A DNA stretch of 64,000 bases, taken from positions 26,597,360 through 26,661,359 of the forward strand of contig NC_043019.1 in NCBI RefSeq assembly GCF_006345805.1, in the 5' to 3' direction. Under the pieces are notes generated by a model. It had not been told where the DNA came from. It worked only from the letters and a program-made list of their open reading frames with translations, and searched no databases. Below are positions 42,544 to 56,619 of this stretch, piece by piece (position 1 is the first letter of the stretch; each line of letters begins with the position of its first letter). This stretch comes from Octopus sinensis (lineage: Eukaryota). Made by a program: the position numbers and the translations under genes.

Positions 42544-43775
42544 CAACCACCAACCACCACCACCACCAACCACCACCACCACCAACCACCACCACCACCA
42601 CCACCACCACCACCAACCACCACGACCACGACCACCACCACCACCACCACCACCAACCACACCACCACCACCACCACCACAACCACCACCAACCACCACC
42701 ACCACCACCAACCACCACCACCAACCACCACCACCACCACCACCATCACTACCATTTAAGAGATGAGGAATTATGTACATTATTTGTATTATTTACATTT
42801 GACGGATATTTGTCCACATCTTGTTTGTTGTTAACACGTTTCGGCTGATATACCCTCAAACTTTCATCAGGTGTCTTGGGGAAATTTCGAACTTGTGTTC
42901 TCATTCCTAAGGTATATTTCGATCTTCTTCTTCTTCTTCTTCCTCCTCCTCCTCGTCTTCGTCTTCTTCTTCTTCTTCTTCTTCTTCCTCCTCCTCCTCC
43001 TCCTCCTCCTCTTCATCTTCTTCTTCTTCTTCTTCTTATTATTATTATTATCATTATCATTATTATTATATTATTATTATTATTATTCAGGTCATTGCCT
43101 GGAATCGAACTCAGAATCTTGGGGGTTAGTAGCCTGTGCTCTTAAACCACTAGAAACAAGATGACGACAAATATCCGTCAAATGCAAATAATATAAATGT
43201 TTGACTTTACATTATATTCTACATTGACTTGTTTGTTAAAAAGCACAGGAATCGTTGTATTTCTTTTCATTTACTGATCTCTTTATTCAGGTTGGCGTTT
43301 GGGTCAGGGAAGATTTTATGAATGAAACTAGCTTTGCTTTAGAACGAGCAAGGACTGTGCTGGAATTTTATGCAGGCTATTTTCAGTCTCCATTTCCTCT
43401 GGAGAAACTCGGTAAGAAATTAAAATCAAACTCTGTTTTTTATTCTATCAAGTTTAATTACAGTTTTTATCATGTGTAAACCTAGTTATAGATAGAACAA
43501 ATACGCTGTTTCTCGGCATGTCATAAGAGGCAGCTTAAAAGGGTGAGTGACAAGAAGAGCGTCCAGCTGTGAGACATTGCCACAGGGAAAGGTGGCAATG
43601 GGTAAGGTGTAAAAGAGTGATGGTGGTGGAGGTGATGGTTATGAAGGTGGTGGTGGGGGTGAATAGTTGATCATAGCAAATTGAATTCTTTGAGAGAATT
43701 TATTATATAGTTGCTGAGAAAAGAAAACTTAAAGTAAACCCAAGATGTAGTATTTGAGCTCTGACAAGTCAACAG

Positions 43776-43819
<44 letters not shown>

Positions 43820-43971
43820 ATAATAATAATAATAATAATAATAAGAAGAAGAAGAAGAAGAACAACAACAACAACAATCCTTTCTACTATGGGCACAGGA
43901 CCAGAAACTTAGGAAAATGGTGGCTAGTCAATTACATCAACCCCAGTGATCCTGGAAGGATGAAAAGCAAA

Positions 43972-44005
<34 letters not shown>

Positions 44006-45465
44006 GGTGGTGGTGGTGGTGGTGGTGGTGCTGCTGCTGCTGCTGCTGCTGCCGCCGCCCTGAAGACATAGCATTTGTACTACAGGGCCAGGTTGGTATC
44101 AGCCAGGTTGGTATCAAAAGGGTTAATTATAATAATGAAAATAGTAATAATTAATGATGATAATAATAGAAGGATGATTTCTAACAGTGACAAAAAAGGT
44201 TGTAGATCTGAAAGGAAGGTGTTAAATCAGTTAATGGGCTCCAACTTAAAACCGTGTAGTTGTTGAGCAACATGTTAAACTTGCAGTCATCTCTTAGCTT
44301 GTTTGACAGCATCGGTGTTGAAATTCTCATCAGCAACATAATAAGAGGGTGAGTCAAAAAGTAATGCCATTTTGTTTAGGACAGGTATAATTACCAACAC
44401 AGGAACATATGTCGTACATCAAAATGAAGCTGGTTCTCTATGGATCACATCTCTTCTCAGCATAATCACCGTTTCTCTCAATAGCAATGTTCCACCTTCA
44501 AATAAGAGCATGTGTCCCTGCCCCGTAAAATTCTGTTGACTGTTCTTTGAGCCACTTCTTCACTACAGTTTTCACTTCCTCGTCACTGGACTATCATCAT
44601 CACTGGACTATCATCTCTTCAGCCCCATGAAAGAGGGTTTGAGAGGCAAACATTATTCCGGTGATGAGGAAGTGAAAACTGTAGTGAAGAAGTGGCTCAA
44701 AGAACAGTCAACAGTCAGTGTCCCAGCATGCTCCAGCATAGCCATAGGTCCATGATTTGTGACCTGTTATGATGGATTTCAAAGATCTTTTGTCTTTCTT
44801 GACACAATCAGGAAGATCCTTTGCAGCTGAAACTTGATCTCCTTTTTGAGATGACCCCACTCTGCACACTATATTTCTAAGAACTGCCATGAACAACAGA
44901 AGGGAGCAAGAACATGCAAGGTCAATCTGTGCAAAGTGATGTACTTTAGCTGTGTTACCATAGCAACAGTCCTGACACTTTTTGATCAGACCTTCTATTT
45001 TGGAAAAGAAAGGTTTTCAGTACATGAAAGCATGTAATATGGACCCAATTTTGCTTAAATGATTCAGGATGGGTCGTTTTTCAGAGACCTTTTTTGGTAA
45101 AAAGTGCGCCTTATATGCTATCAAATATGGTAACTTACCATAATTCTCTTTCTTTCTCTCTCTCTCAGATCTGATAGGTATCCCAGATTTCGCAGCTGGA
45201 GCCATGGAGAACTGGGGCCTGATAACTTACAGGGAGACAGCACTGCTCAATGATCCCTTAATGAACTCAATATCTCAATCTGAACGGGTCACATTAGTGG
45301 TGGCTCATGAGCTTGCACATCAGGTGAGTACCTCAGGGTATCATAGACAGATATGGAGGAATACAATGTACACATACACACATACATATACATTTGTATC
45401 GACATATATATGTATGCATGTATGTATGTGTGTGCATATTATATATTTATGTATGTAATCTTTTA

Positions 45466-45504
<39 letters not shown>

Positions 45505-45831
45505 TCAATATAGGGAGGCAAAAAAATTTTGTAGAATTCATTTGGTCAGATATTGGCGAGGCATGGACGAGAATGCCTCGTGAAAAATATCTGTTCCGAT
45601 TTGGCTATTCCTTACTGATGAATCTAAGGGCCTATGGTAGATTGGCTTGATTTAATTTAATCAGGTTAGTTTACCATTAAACAGTAGAAGAAACGGTGCA
45701 TCGTATAAGGAATTCAGGGTAAATGTTTTTTAATTTTCTCCTGGTTTACGGAATTAATGTTATTTTGCGGTTGAAGCTTTTTGGCTGTTATTTCTAGTGG
45801 GTGAATGGCCTATTATGGCCGTTCCTTGATT

Positions 45832-45885
<54 letters not shown>

Positions 45886-48800
45886 AATATATATATATAT
45901 ATACACACACATACATACACCCGTGCTCATAGACATACACACCTATGTATGTATACAAATATATATTTATGTACCTCACCATTGCTTGACAGCTCATGTT
46001 AGCTTGTTTATGGCCCTGTAACTTTGCAGTTCAGCAAAGGTGACTGATGAAATAACTACCCAGCTTATTCTATCAAAATAGAAAAAAAAATTCTGTGGTT
46101 GATTTGCTTAAGTAAACCCTTGAAGGCTGAGCCCCTGCATGGCTGCAGTCTATGATTGAAATGAAAAAAGATATGCTCTGTCCACATGGACCTGTAACCA
46201 TGAAGCAGACATGTAGCCCTCCGTCTAGCAAAGTACATGTGAACATCCATCTAAGGCATCAGATCAGGACTAATTTATACAATGTTCAATTAGTGTCTAT
46301 ATGTTATATTAAACTTTGGCAAGTACAGTAAAATTGTGCTTTGCTGAGGAGGTTAACATAAAACTAAAACATGTGAAGAGTTATCTTCCATGCCAGATAC
46401 ATGAAAATAATATTACTAATTGGTTATACTGTTTGTTTGTTTTTTTCCATGCATAAATATTTTTAATTAACATATTAAGTGTTCGCTGATTTTAACATGT
46501 TAATTAGTTTTTTGATTATTGTTTCGATATGGATAATTATTTCATTTTGAAATACTTTCTCTTTTGTTATGCCAATAAATATAAAACCTTATCTACTTAA
46601 TTATCCCTCCATCATTATTTCAGAAGATGAAAGCAATGCTTCATTGATAAGGCTTGAATAAGGCAAAAAAAAAAAAAACTATCTTGAATAAGGCAAAAAA
46701 AACAAAAAAAAAACTATCATTTTTTTTTTTGCCTTATTCAAGCCTTATCATCTCTTTTGTTTTATACATTTTTTTATATAACCATTTACAAATCTTTGTT
46801 TGTTGTTTGTGTTTCTTTCAGTGGTTTGGAAATTTGGTAACCATGTGTTGGTGGAATGATCTCTGGCTCAATGAAGGATTCGCAACTTATATTTCCTATT
46901 TTGGAATAGAACACGCATCAAAAGATCCAAAAACAGTCAGTGAAAACTTTTCTTTTTTTTTTTCTCTTCTTCTCTTTCAATCAAATTCTTTTTGAAAACC
47001 AAGAAGGAATCAAACTCTTTTTCAAAAATACAGCTTTTTGGTGGTCTTATTCATGCTGAGCACCAAACAGATATTTGCATTGAACCAGATAGAGTGGGCT
47101 GCGAAAACAAACGAAGGAACCAAAGACAATTTCTGCATGACAGGTCCTTTTGCTTAGCCCCAGGTCAGGTCTGACTGAGAATACCTCCGATCAGATGGTT
47201 TCTAGCCATGACCATCCCATCCCATCCCATCCCATTCAATTTTCTGCATTAGAAATAACATTATGAAATGTGTTTTTCCTTTGTATAGGAACTGCAGCAG
47301 CCCCTATTTCTACTCGATATTATCGATAACATTCAATATAACAAATCCTTTTGTCTTTAATTCTTTCTTTATACTTGTACATTATATAATCCTTAAGCTC
47401 AATATTAGTAGCCATTCCCTAGTTTATGAAAAAAATACAAAAATCCTTGTATAGAACCATATGCTTCACAGTTCCAGTGACACGGTATTTGGCTGTTGTG
47501 TGCATGCTCACATGTCCAAGATAGGAAGCTCTATGCTAGGGAAAGAGTGCACTGTGGTTTACACAGTGCCGCTCCTGGTGTGCTGGTGGAAGGTAGTGTT
47601 TCTTTTTGACTCTACCTGTGTTGTGCTTAAAAATGTGTTTATATTCTTGAATGTGATAAAATGTAGAATTAGATTATTATCCTGCTTCCAGCTTCAGTGT
47701 CGCTGCCAGGATTTGAAAAATAGGGCAGATTTTCCTCCTTTATTTTGTGATTTAGGTGGGATTTTGGAAAAACAAGGGGGAATTCGTGGCAGTGTTCAGT
47801 GAACAAATTAAACACACTGCCCGGCAGTGGCTAAAACGCAAACCAATCAAGTTTATGTGTAAATATTCTTTTTATATGTTTGTTTCCTTTTACACAATAT
47901 TAAAACAACGGATAAAAATTTTCTGAAGCAGCAACCCCACTGGTTTTATCTACAAGCTGCAGCTTCCATCTACATTGCATTCTTCTGGGGTCGATAAAAT
48001 AAAGTACCAGTCAAGTTTCTACCTTATGTCTTCACATCAACAAATGGCAAATAATGATTTCTTCAGCAATTTCTATTGGCCTTAACATTGGAATGTTTGT
48101 GTGAAACTACAAAGATGGTCTCCTGTTGCTATCCTACAAGGGATTCTTGCATGACCCCACTTTACTAGCTAGGGTAAATTCTGAGAAAGAGGGAAAGAGA
48201 GAGGGGAATTGTTTCTAGTACATATTTGACTGGGAACTTATTTATTGATTCGAAAACTGATGAGCATGAAAGTTCAAGTTGACCTGAGTAGAATTTGAAC
48301 TCAGAGCTCATGGGAAAATATTGTTGAGGTTTTTTTTTTGTTTAATTTTTGTTTTTTATCTTTGACAGTTTGATTATTTTGTCATTGACACCATCCATAT
48401 AGCCCTGGAATCGGATGGTTCTTCAGCATCTCATCCATTGAATGTTCCAATCAGGAATCGACATGACATTATGTCTGCCTTTGATGACATCAGCTATAAT
48501 AAGGTAACGACTTCTGACTCCTTATTTGGTTATAGAGTAGAATTTATTTGAAAGGGTTAAATGAACACAATTAAAGACCCTTAGATTTATTTAGTGTATG
48601 TTATATGTGTATATATACTGTATACTGTATGTAAGGGTAAAAGAGCTCCTTTGGTCATGAATGACCATGGGATGGCACCTAGAAAGTCCCCCGCCAAGGC
48701 ACAAGTCCAGGCAAGATTGTTTATGGAAGACCAGCAGTCACCCGTGCATGCCAGTCTCCCCTTTCTACACCATAATATGTCCACAGGGTAAAGGGTTAAG

Positions 48801-49277
48801 ACCCCCTTCGGTTATGAATGTCCATGGGATGGCACCTAGAAAGTCCCCCACCAAGGCACAAGTCCGGGCAAGGTTGTTTATGGAAGACCAGCAGTCGCCC
48901 ATGCATACCAGCCTCCTCTCTGCCTGCCACCGATGTTATCCAAGGAAAAGGGAAAGGGGCCGATGCAGTTTGGCACCAGTTATGTCGCAACTCATTTCTA
49001 CAGTTGAGTAAACTGGAGCAATGTAAAATAAAGTGTCTTGATCAAGAACACAACACACAGCTCAGTTCAGGAATTGAACTCACTACCCCACTACTCTAAC
49101 CACTGAGCCATGTCCCTTCATATACTGTATGCATGTGTTACATATATGTGTATATATCATATATGCTGTATGTGTATATATGTGAATATAATGTATATTG
49201 TATGTGCATTAGAATACACTGTATGTGTACATATAGTGTATATTGCATGTGTATATATTGTGCATACATTGTGTATA

Positions 49278-49314
<37 letters not shown>

Positions 49315-51651
49315 TTGAGTTGTGGGGTATCGCACGAGTGGAATTATATACGAAAGAAGGTTTGAAAATGCAATTTAAAAGATGTTTATTTACTTAACCG
49401 GTTTCACTCTTTGGTAAAAGATTGTCAAAAGTAACATTGAATAATATGGGTTCAAAAAAGTTTTTTACATAATTGTCACATTGAATATTATGAATTCAAA
49501 AATGTTTTTTTATACATAATTGTCACATTACATGTATAAATATAGTGTTTGGTAACAGAGAAGTTCAATAGTGTGATGAGAATATTTGGAAAAATTGGCA
49601 GAAAAGAATAAAACAAATATATTATTGGAAATTTGGTTGCGTTAATTATTGGTTGTCGCAAATTGTCACATTACATGTATATATATACAGTCTTTGGTAG
49701 AAAGGACATGTTAAAGACATAAGGAAGTGCAATAGTTTGGTGAGAAAATTTGTAATATTGACAGAAAAAATGGATATTTTATACATCTCAGAATATTTTG
49801 AGTTGAAGGCGAGAATTTGTTTTTACTGACCTGTTGGCTTTAGCAGAAAAGTTGAATTGAGAGAAAAAAATGTTGTACCCAGTTTTGTTTATGGTTCCCC
49901 TTCACTGATGCTTGAAGGGGAACCATAAACAAAACTGGGTACAACATTTTTTTCTCACAATTCAACTTTTCTGCTAAAGCCAACAGGTCAGTAAAAAGAA
50001 ATTCTCGCCTTCAACTCAAAATATTCTGAGATGTATAAAATATCCATTTTTTCTGTCAATATTACAAATTTTCTCACCAAACTATTGCACTTCCTTATGT
50101 CTTTAACATGTCCTTTCTACCAAAGACTGTATATATATACATGTAATGTGACAATTTGCGACAACCAATAATTAACGCAACCAAATTTCCAATAATATAT
50201 TGTTTTATTCTTTTCTGCCAATTTTTCCAAATATTCTCATCACACTATTGAACTTCTCTGTTACCAAACACTATATTTATACATGTAATGTGACAATTAT
50301 GTATAAAAAAACATTTTTGAATTCATAATATTCAATGTGACAATTATGTAAAAAACTTTTTTGAACCCATATTATTCAATGTTACTTTTGACAATCTTTT
50401 ACCAAAGAGTGAAACTGGTTAAGTAAATAAACATCTTTTAAATTGCATTTTCAAACCTTCTTTCGTATATATATATATATTATATATATATATATAAAAG
50501 TTGAGTTGTGGGGTATCGCACGAGTGGAATTATATACGAAAGAAGGTTAGAAAATGCAATTTAAAAGATGTTTATTTACTTAACCGGTTTCACTCTTTGG
50601 TAAAAGATTGTCAAAAGTAACATTGAATAATATGGGTTCAAAAAAGTTTTTTACATAATTGTCACATTGAATATTATGAATTCAAAAATGTTTTTTTATA
50701 CATAATTGTCACATTACATGTATAAATATAGTGTTTGGTAACAGAGAAGTTCAATAGTGTGATGAGAATATTTGGAAAAATTGGCAGAAAAGAATAAAAC
50801 AAATATATTATTGGAAATTTGGTTGCGTTAATTATTGGTTGTCGCAAATTGTCACATTACATGTATATATATACAGTCTTTGGTAGAAAGGACATGTTAA
50901 AGACATAAGGAAGTGCAATAGTTTGGTGAGAAAATTTGTAATATTGACAGAAAAAATGGATATTTTATACATCTCAGAATATTTTGAGTTGAAGGCGAGA
51001 ATTTGTTTTTACTGACCTGTTGGCTTTAGCAGAAAAGTTGAATTGAGAGAAAAAAATGTTGTACCCAGTTTTGTTTATGGTTCCCCTTCACTGATGCTTG
51101 AAGGGGAACCATAAACAAAACTGGGTACAACATTTTTTTCTCACAATTCAACTTTTCTGCTAAAGCCAACAGGTCAGTAAAAACAAATTCTCGCCTTCAA
51201 CTCAAAATATTCTGAGATGTATAAAATATCCATTTTTTCTGTCAATATTACAAATTTTCTCACCAAACTATTGCACTTCCTTATGTCTTTAACATGTCCT
51301 TTCTACCAAAGACTGTATATATATACATGTAATGTGACAATTTGCGACAACCAATAATTAACGCAACCAAATTTCCAATAATATATTTGTTTTATTCTTT
51401 TCTGCCAATTTTTCCAAATATTCTCATCACACTATTGAACTTCTCTGTTACCAAACACTATATTTATACATGTAATGTGACAATTATGTATAAAAAAACA
51501 TTTTTGAATTCATAATATTCAATGTGACAATTATGTAAAAAACTTTTTTGAACCCATATTATTCAATGTTACTTTTGACAATCTTTTACCAAAGAGTGAA
51601 ACTGGTTAAGTAAATAAACATCTTTTAAATTGCATTTTCAAACCTTCTTTC

Positions 51652-51704
<53 letters not shown>

Positions 51705-54700
51705 GTATATATTGTATGTATTGTGTCTGTATACATTGTAAATCTAGTGTATATTGTGTATATAGCATAGAGAAACAAACTTTCCAGGTACAAATATAAA
51801 ACACAGTTTACTCTTACTGAATCTCTTGAGCCATGACCTATGACCTAAAACAAGACACATAACTCTGCCTCCACCAGTTTGCCTGGCTGATAAAAACAAG
51901 TTGGTTTTGGTGGATTGGCAAAATCCTTTACAACAGCAGATAAAATACCAAATGATTATCTGGTGTTTTGGTGCCTTATCAACTTGATTCCCTCTGATTT
52001 TTGTGCTATCTCATCATCGTCGTCAGTGGTGGCAGTGGCATTATTTCGTATCTGAGAAATTTGTTTCTTCTTTGCTGAATGTGTCCTTTATGGTGATGGT
52101 GTTGGTGACTTTGTAGACCAATTCTTGCAAAGAAGTGTTACTGACATTGACTGCATGGCAATGTTGGTAGAAGACAAGATTTATTTTGTCAGGCCTTTCT
52201 CACCTCTCATTTGATTTCTTCCTTTTCTCTTCTGGTGGTTTCAAAGATTTGGTTTCAATGGTGATGGAACATTATCCCTTGGTACGGTTTCAGGTTTGTG
52301 TTTCAAAGGATTCAGGCTCAATTCTAGTGGCTTTTGGTGTTATCCAGGTTGCAACTATTTTAGTGTGTGTGTGTGTGTGTTACAGCTCTGGTTTTACAGA
52401 CATGCAATTACAATGTCGCAGGAAATAGTTGCAAGATGAATTCTTCAAGCTGAGTCAATCGCAGAAGATAAAGTGGGTAAACCAAGAATGAAATGGTAGG
52501 ATAATACCCATAATCTCATTTGATCATGCTTAGGAATCTAACAGAAAAGCATAATGACAGTTGCATCTGATGGGATCTTATGGAGGTGGTATCTCAGGAC
52601 TCTAATCCTTCCACTCAGGAATTGTAGGTGGAGAAGATGGACAGACATGTGTGTGTTTGTGTGTGGTTTTCTTGACTTCAATACATAGCAGAGATTCTCT
52701 CATTCACATATGTTTGTAATATCACAAAAATAACTACAATAAACATCTCAGTTCTTGTTTTTTCCTGCATAGAAAGAAAGTGTTTTAGTATTGTCATTGA
52801 AGAGAATATTAAACAAAAACAAAATTTAAAAAATAAAGGCCCTGCTCTTCACCCTTAGGTTAAGGGCTGTAAAATAATCCAAAGAGACTAATAGTAACCC
52901 CATTGGTTTTACATTAGAGTTTTTTCTCCCTAGAGCTGACATGGGCAATTTTTTTTTTTTTTTGAGAAGCAGACCACATGAGACATGACACATCATCAGG
53001 TGCCCTACGCTACCAAAAAGAAATTCAAGGTTATTTTTTGTTAGATGAGCCATTTAGAAAATCTTATGGGCCACAGTTTGCCCCTGACTGCCCAAGACTG
53101 ACACATTTTCCTTCTATTCAGCCATTACAACTGTACCTTAATAACTTTTATTGTGTCACTCTTTTTAAGGGAGCTTCCATACTTCACATGTTGCGATTCT
53201 TTCTTGGAGACGAGATCTTTCAAAAAGGTTTACAAGTAAGTGGTCCATTATTTCACTGCTTCTTATTTTATCGTATTTTCTGTTAGACTAACTCATGAGG
53301 GTTGAACAGGTTTCAGCTGCCAAACCAGCTTCAACTATTTCTATCTGTAAATATTGAAATTTCTAACTTTGGCACCAAACCATGCAGGGAATGGATGGAT
53401 GGGTTGAGTCGATTGAACCAAATTTGATGTATTTACTGGTATATAGTTTACTGACCCAGGAGGGGTGAAAAATAAATAAAGTAAACTCTTGTGTTTGAAC
53501 TGTAATGAGGGATGAACAAAGGTGTGATGAGGGTGCAATGATGTTGAGGGTATTTATGAAGGCCATTCAAGGCTGGAGGTGCATTGTATTGATTCATAAA
53601 AAGGGGTGTGAGAGAGGCATAAAGTTTATTTTATTCAGAAATGTTGTGTTGGGGGCCTTAATCCATTTCTTACTTTAATTCTTCCAATACCACCATCACC
53701 CACCATGACCTCCACCACCACTACCAAAACCACATATACATATACACACACAACACATATATATACCCACACACACTTATATATACACACACTTGTACAC
53801 ACACACACACACACATTCACACACACACATGCACATATATTTTAGTGCAAATGGTTTCTTATATGGGGCTGTTTTTACAATCCTGTAAATAATAATAATG
53901 GTATTTTTATATAAGCTTAGAGCTTATGGCGATCACCATGCAATGACTGAGGAAAATAGTCTAATAAAGGGGCATATAAGCCATAAACCTTCTTTTTTCT
54001 GTCAAGGGCTTATATGCCCCTCTATTAGACTATTTTTCTTAGTTGTTGTATGGTGATTGGCATAAGATTTAAGCTTATATAAAAATACCGTATATATATA
54101 TATATATATATATATATAGGTTTCTTTCAGTTTCAATCCACCAAATCCACTAACAAACAAGACTTTGGTCAGCCTGAGGCTACAGTAGAAGACACTTGCC
54201 CAACGTGCCTCACAGTGATACTGAACTCAAAAGCATGTGGTTGGTAAGCAAGCTTCTTACCACACAGCCACAGCCACACCTCATGTTTAATTTTCCCAAA
54301 TGTCTTTCAAATCTTTAATGCCAGATGGTTTTTCTTTTAAAACTTTTTTTGTAATTTTTCTCTTCCAGAGATATATTTCACAACATTCTTACAGGAATGC
54401 CCAACACAATGATCTCTGGATGGCTCTTACTCAGGTATGGCACCGACATTTTTCTTTCGAGTTTTTTTTTTTTTTTCCCACTTTTTCCTGTTTCTCAGAT
54501 GGTTCTTTCCCATATTTGATCACCTTTGACTTGTGTTTCAGTCACTGGGCTGTGGCCATGCTGTGGCACCACCTTGAAAGTTTTAGTTCAATAAATCGAC
54601 CCCATTACTTAGATTTTTTTAAAGTTTGATATTTATTCTCTTGGTTTCTTTTGTTGAACCGCTAAGTTACTGGAACATAAACACACAAACATCAGTATTC

Positions 54701-56586
54701 AAGTGGTGGGAGGACACACACATATACACAGGTGTATGTAGGTGTGTGTATTGTGCGTGTGTGTATATATGTATACACACACAGACACACACACATAACT
54801 GTGTGTTGAGGCACATGGCCTTGTGGTTAGAGCAGCGGACTCACGGTCAAGGGATCACGGGTTCAAATCTCAGACCGGGTGATGTGTGTGTTTATGAGCG
54901 AAAACACCTAAGCTCCACATGGCTCCAGCAGAAGGTAATGGCGAACTTCTGCTGATTCTTTCGCCACAACTTTCTCCCACTCATTTTACAGCTTTCTGTG
55001 CATGTCCAGGAAAGAATTGTTCCATGTTCTCTTGAAAGTTTATAAATTCTTCATATCATATCATATACCCAGGCCTATTCCGCATTTTCTTTTTTTTTAG
55101 GAGGGGTTAGCCATAACAAGACACACACCAAGTATTCCATTAACTTCCCAGCTCAAAGAGGCGAGCCCCTTCCTATGCTCGGGTTAAGGCATAGGGCAGA
55201 ACTCCCAAAATCTGCAGCGAGGCTCGACAGCATATGCTGGTTTTCCCCTGCCGCATCACGCTGCTTCCATACTCCTTGAGCAACATCAGATTCACTCATC
55301 CATCCACAAACACTCTCCAGGCTTTCCCATCATTTATAAACTCTCTTGCCTTATTCTTAGAATTAATTGATAACTATAAAGACCATCAGAATCCTTTATG
55401 TTATGTTTTTCCCCCTCTGCTCCTCTACCTATTTCTTTATTACCCACAAGGGACTAAACATAGAGGGGACAAACAAGGACAGACATAGGTATTAAGACGA
55501 TTATATCGACCCCAGTATGTAACTGGTACTTAATTTATTGACCCCGAAAGGATGAAAGGCAAAGTAGACCTCGACGGAGTTTGAACTCAGAACGTAAAGA
55601 CAGACGAAATACCTATTTCCTTATTACCCACAAGGGGCTAAACATAGAGGGGACAAACAAGGACAGACATAGGTATTAAGTCGATTATATCGACCTCAGT
55701 GCGTAACTGGTACTTAATTTATTGACCCCGAAAGGATGAAAGGCAAAGTAGACCTCGACGGAGTTTGAACTCAGAACGTAAAGACAGACGAAATATCTAT
55801 TTCTTTATTACCCACAAGGGGCTAAACATAGAGGGGACAAACAAAGACAGACATAGGTATTAAGTCAATTATATCGACCCCAGTGTGTAACTGGTACTTA
55901 ATTTATTGACCCCGAAAGGATGAAAGGCAAAGTCGACCTCGGCGGAATTTGAACTCACAATGTAACGACAGATGAAATACGGGTACGCATTTTGCCTGGC
56001 GTGCTAACGTTTCTGCCAGCTCGCTCGCTCCTCTACCATGTTGTCTACATCTATTACAGGAAGCCGAAGTGCAAAACCAGACAATCGACATCAGTACAAC
56101 AATGTCTGAATGGATCTCTGAGAAGAATTACCCAGTTGTCTTCGTCCAATGGAACAATTCGGAACTGATCTTGTCGCAGGAGATATTTCTTTATGATGAC
56201 AGTCTCTCTAGCTGCAGCAAAACATCCAGGTAAGCCACATTTTTTTAGTCATCATCATCATCATCATCATCATCATTGCCGTCGTCATCCATTACATTTT
56301 ACTTGTTTCATTCATTGGACTGTGGCCATGCTGGGGCATCGCTTGAAGGGTTTTGTCCCATAAATTGAATACAGTACTTCTTTTTAAGCCAGGCACTCAT
56401 TCTGTTGGTCTTTTTTTGCCAAACTGCTAAGTTGCAGGGATGTAAACTAAGCAACACCTGCTGTCATGTGGGGATAGGGCACAACCAAAAACATAATGAC
56501 ACACACACACATACATACATATATATATTGTTGCCAGTGCCACCTGACTGGTTCCCGTGCCAGTGGCATCTAAAAAGCACCATTCA

Positions 56587-56619
<33 letters not shown>

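Noticed and set aside
41520-42780. HT/YI/CV and poly-V/W/G ORFs (similar at 34040-34907, 39196-39554, 58035-58550)
   Set aside because: Microsatellite translations.
48257-48272. CTGATGA...GAAA motif (also CTGATGA at ~35826 and ~46046, CTGATGC in the palindrome loops)
   Set aside because: Stems I, II and III cannot be formed, so these are not hammerheads.
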